Origin: Planctomyces sp.
GTDB lineage: Bacteria; Planctomycetota; Planctomycetia; Planctomycetales; Planctomycetaceae
DNA: 64,000 bases
Direction: 5' to 3'
Assembly: GCA_002702685.1 (NCBI GenBank)
Contig: PABD01000210.1
Span: forward strand, 1,035 to 65,034
Position numbers and translations under genes: made by a program. The notes beneath the pieces are model-generated. The model saw only the letters and a list, made by a program, of their open reading frames with translations. It made no database searches and was not told where the DNA came from. Below are positions 62,931 to 64,000 of the stretch, one piece after another; the first letter of the stretch is position 1; every line of letters begins with the position of its first letter.

Positions 62931-64000
62931 ATGCCTCTGCTTTCGCGACAATTTGTGTTGCTCGCTCTGATTACCGTCGCATCGCTATCGCCGGTGGGGC
63001 TTAAACTCCGCGCTGCCGAAGGGGATGATCAAGCCACCGGATCGACGGTCGCTCAACGAGCGGGAATCGATTTCTTCGAATCACGCATCCGTCCCGTGCT
63101 GGTCCAGCATTGTTACGAATGCCACGCGGCCGATGCCAAAAAGATCGCCGGAGGATTGCAGCTCGATACGCGTACTGGCATTCGCGCGGGGGGCGATTCC
63201 GGCCCCGCTGTTGTTCCGGGGGATCTCGAAGAAAGCCTGATCCTGGGTGCGATGCGGCACGAAACATTCGAGATGCCACCGGACAATCGGTTGTCGGACG
63301 ACATCATCGCCGACTTTACAACCTGGATCGAAATGGGTGCCCCCGACCCCCGTGAAGGCGCGACCGAGGTCGTTCGGCCCGGGATCGACATCCAACAGGG
63401 AAGAAAGTTCTGGTCCTTTCAACCAATTGAGCTCCCGGAACCTCCGGAGGTCGCGGAAAGCGAATGGGCGGACTCGGCCATCGATCTTTTTATTCTCGCC
63501 AAACAACAGGAAGCGGGTATTCAACCCGTTGCCGACGTCGGCCGCGCCGCCCTGCTGCGCCGTGTGAGTTACGCGTTAACGGGTCTGCCACCCTCCGCGG
63601 AAGAACTCGAATCATTCCTGGCGGACCCGCGCCCCGTACGTGAATTACTTGCCGAACGGATCGACGTGATGCTGGCGTCACCTCACTTCGGAGAACGGTG
63701 GGGACGACATTGGCTCGACATCGTCCGCTTCGCCGAGTCGAGCGGTGGTGGACGCAGCCTGATGTTCAAAGAGGCGTGGCGGTTTCGCGACTATGTCGTC
63801 GACTCATTCAATAAAGACAAACCCGTCAATCAACTGATCCGCGAACATATCGCTGGTGATCTTCTTCCCTATGACTCTATCGAACAGCAGACCGAACAGT
63901 TGATTGGAACCGGCTTTCTCGCCCTTGGTCCAACAAACTACGAACAGCAGGACAAAACGCTCCTGCGAATGGACGTGATCGATGAACAGATCGATACGAC
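62931..64000 (+). CDS. Planctomycete cytochrome c / DUF1549 (PSD1) protein, 3'-truncated by the window edge
   Basis: Hand translation: signal peptide, FFESRIRPVLVQHCYECH (CxxCH), GGLQLD, MPP, WIEMGA, FWSF, GERWGRHWLDIVRFAES. Confidence 0.92.
   Translation, partial: MPLLSRQFVLLALITVASLSPVGLKLRAAEGDDQATGSTVAQRAGIDFFESRIRPVLVQHCYECHAADAKKIAGGLQLDTRTGIRAGGDSGPAVVPGDLEESLILGAMRHETFEMPPDNRLSDDIIADFTTWIEMGAPDPREGATEVVRPGIDIQQGRKFWSFQPIELPEPPEVAESEWADSAIDLFILAKQQEAGIQPVADVGRAALLRRVSYALTGLPPSAEELESFLADPRPVRELLAERIDVMLASPHFGERWGRHWLDIVRFAESSGGGRSLMFKEAWRFRDYVVDSFNKDKPVNQLIREHIAGDLLPYDSIEQQTEQLIGTGFLALGPTNYEQQDKTLLRMDVIDEQIDT

Overview
GC-rich bacterial chromosomal window, very probably from a planctomycete: it carries DUF1501, a cytochrome-c/DUF1549 gene, a tandem-fused UvrA, two Ser/Thr kinases, and LRR and HEAT/TPR proteins. 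About 45 CDS are present. Housekeeping and common genes include uvrA, leuA, rsmE, obgE, a PduO-type adenosyltransferase, a CbiX-like chelatase, an M16 peptidase and an aldose epimerase. There is a back-to-back GntR/YtrA-ABC operon with duplicated permeases and a BlaI-M56 operon, plus a partial Tad/Flp pilus locus. No tRNA, rRNA, CRISPR array, transposase or prophage could be supported. Signals missed by the ORF track: (1) a complete leucine attenuator upstream of leuA (sigma70 promoter, 20-aa Leu-rich leader peptide, antiterminator and terminator); (2) the Flp pilin and a 37-aa single-TM micro-ORF between flp and the prepilin peptidase; (3) two inverted REP-doublet elements; (4) tandem palindromic operator candidates before blaI; (5) an orphan terminator between divergent genes. 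Hypothesis-level candidates for a new system are a GT2 plus TMTC-like GT-C pair beside the Tad locus (pilin glycosylation) and the duplicated unknown domain at the C-terminus of the double UvrA. All calls come from motif recognition by eye; no searches were run.
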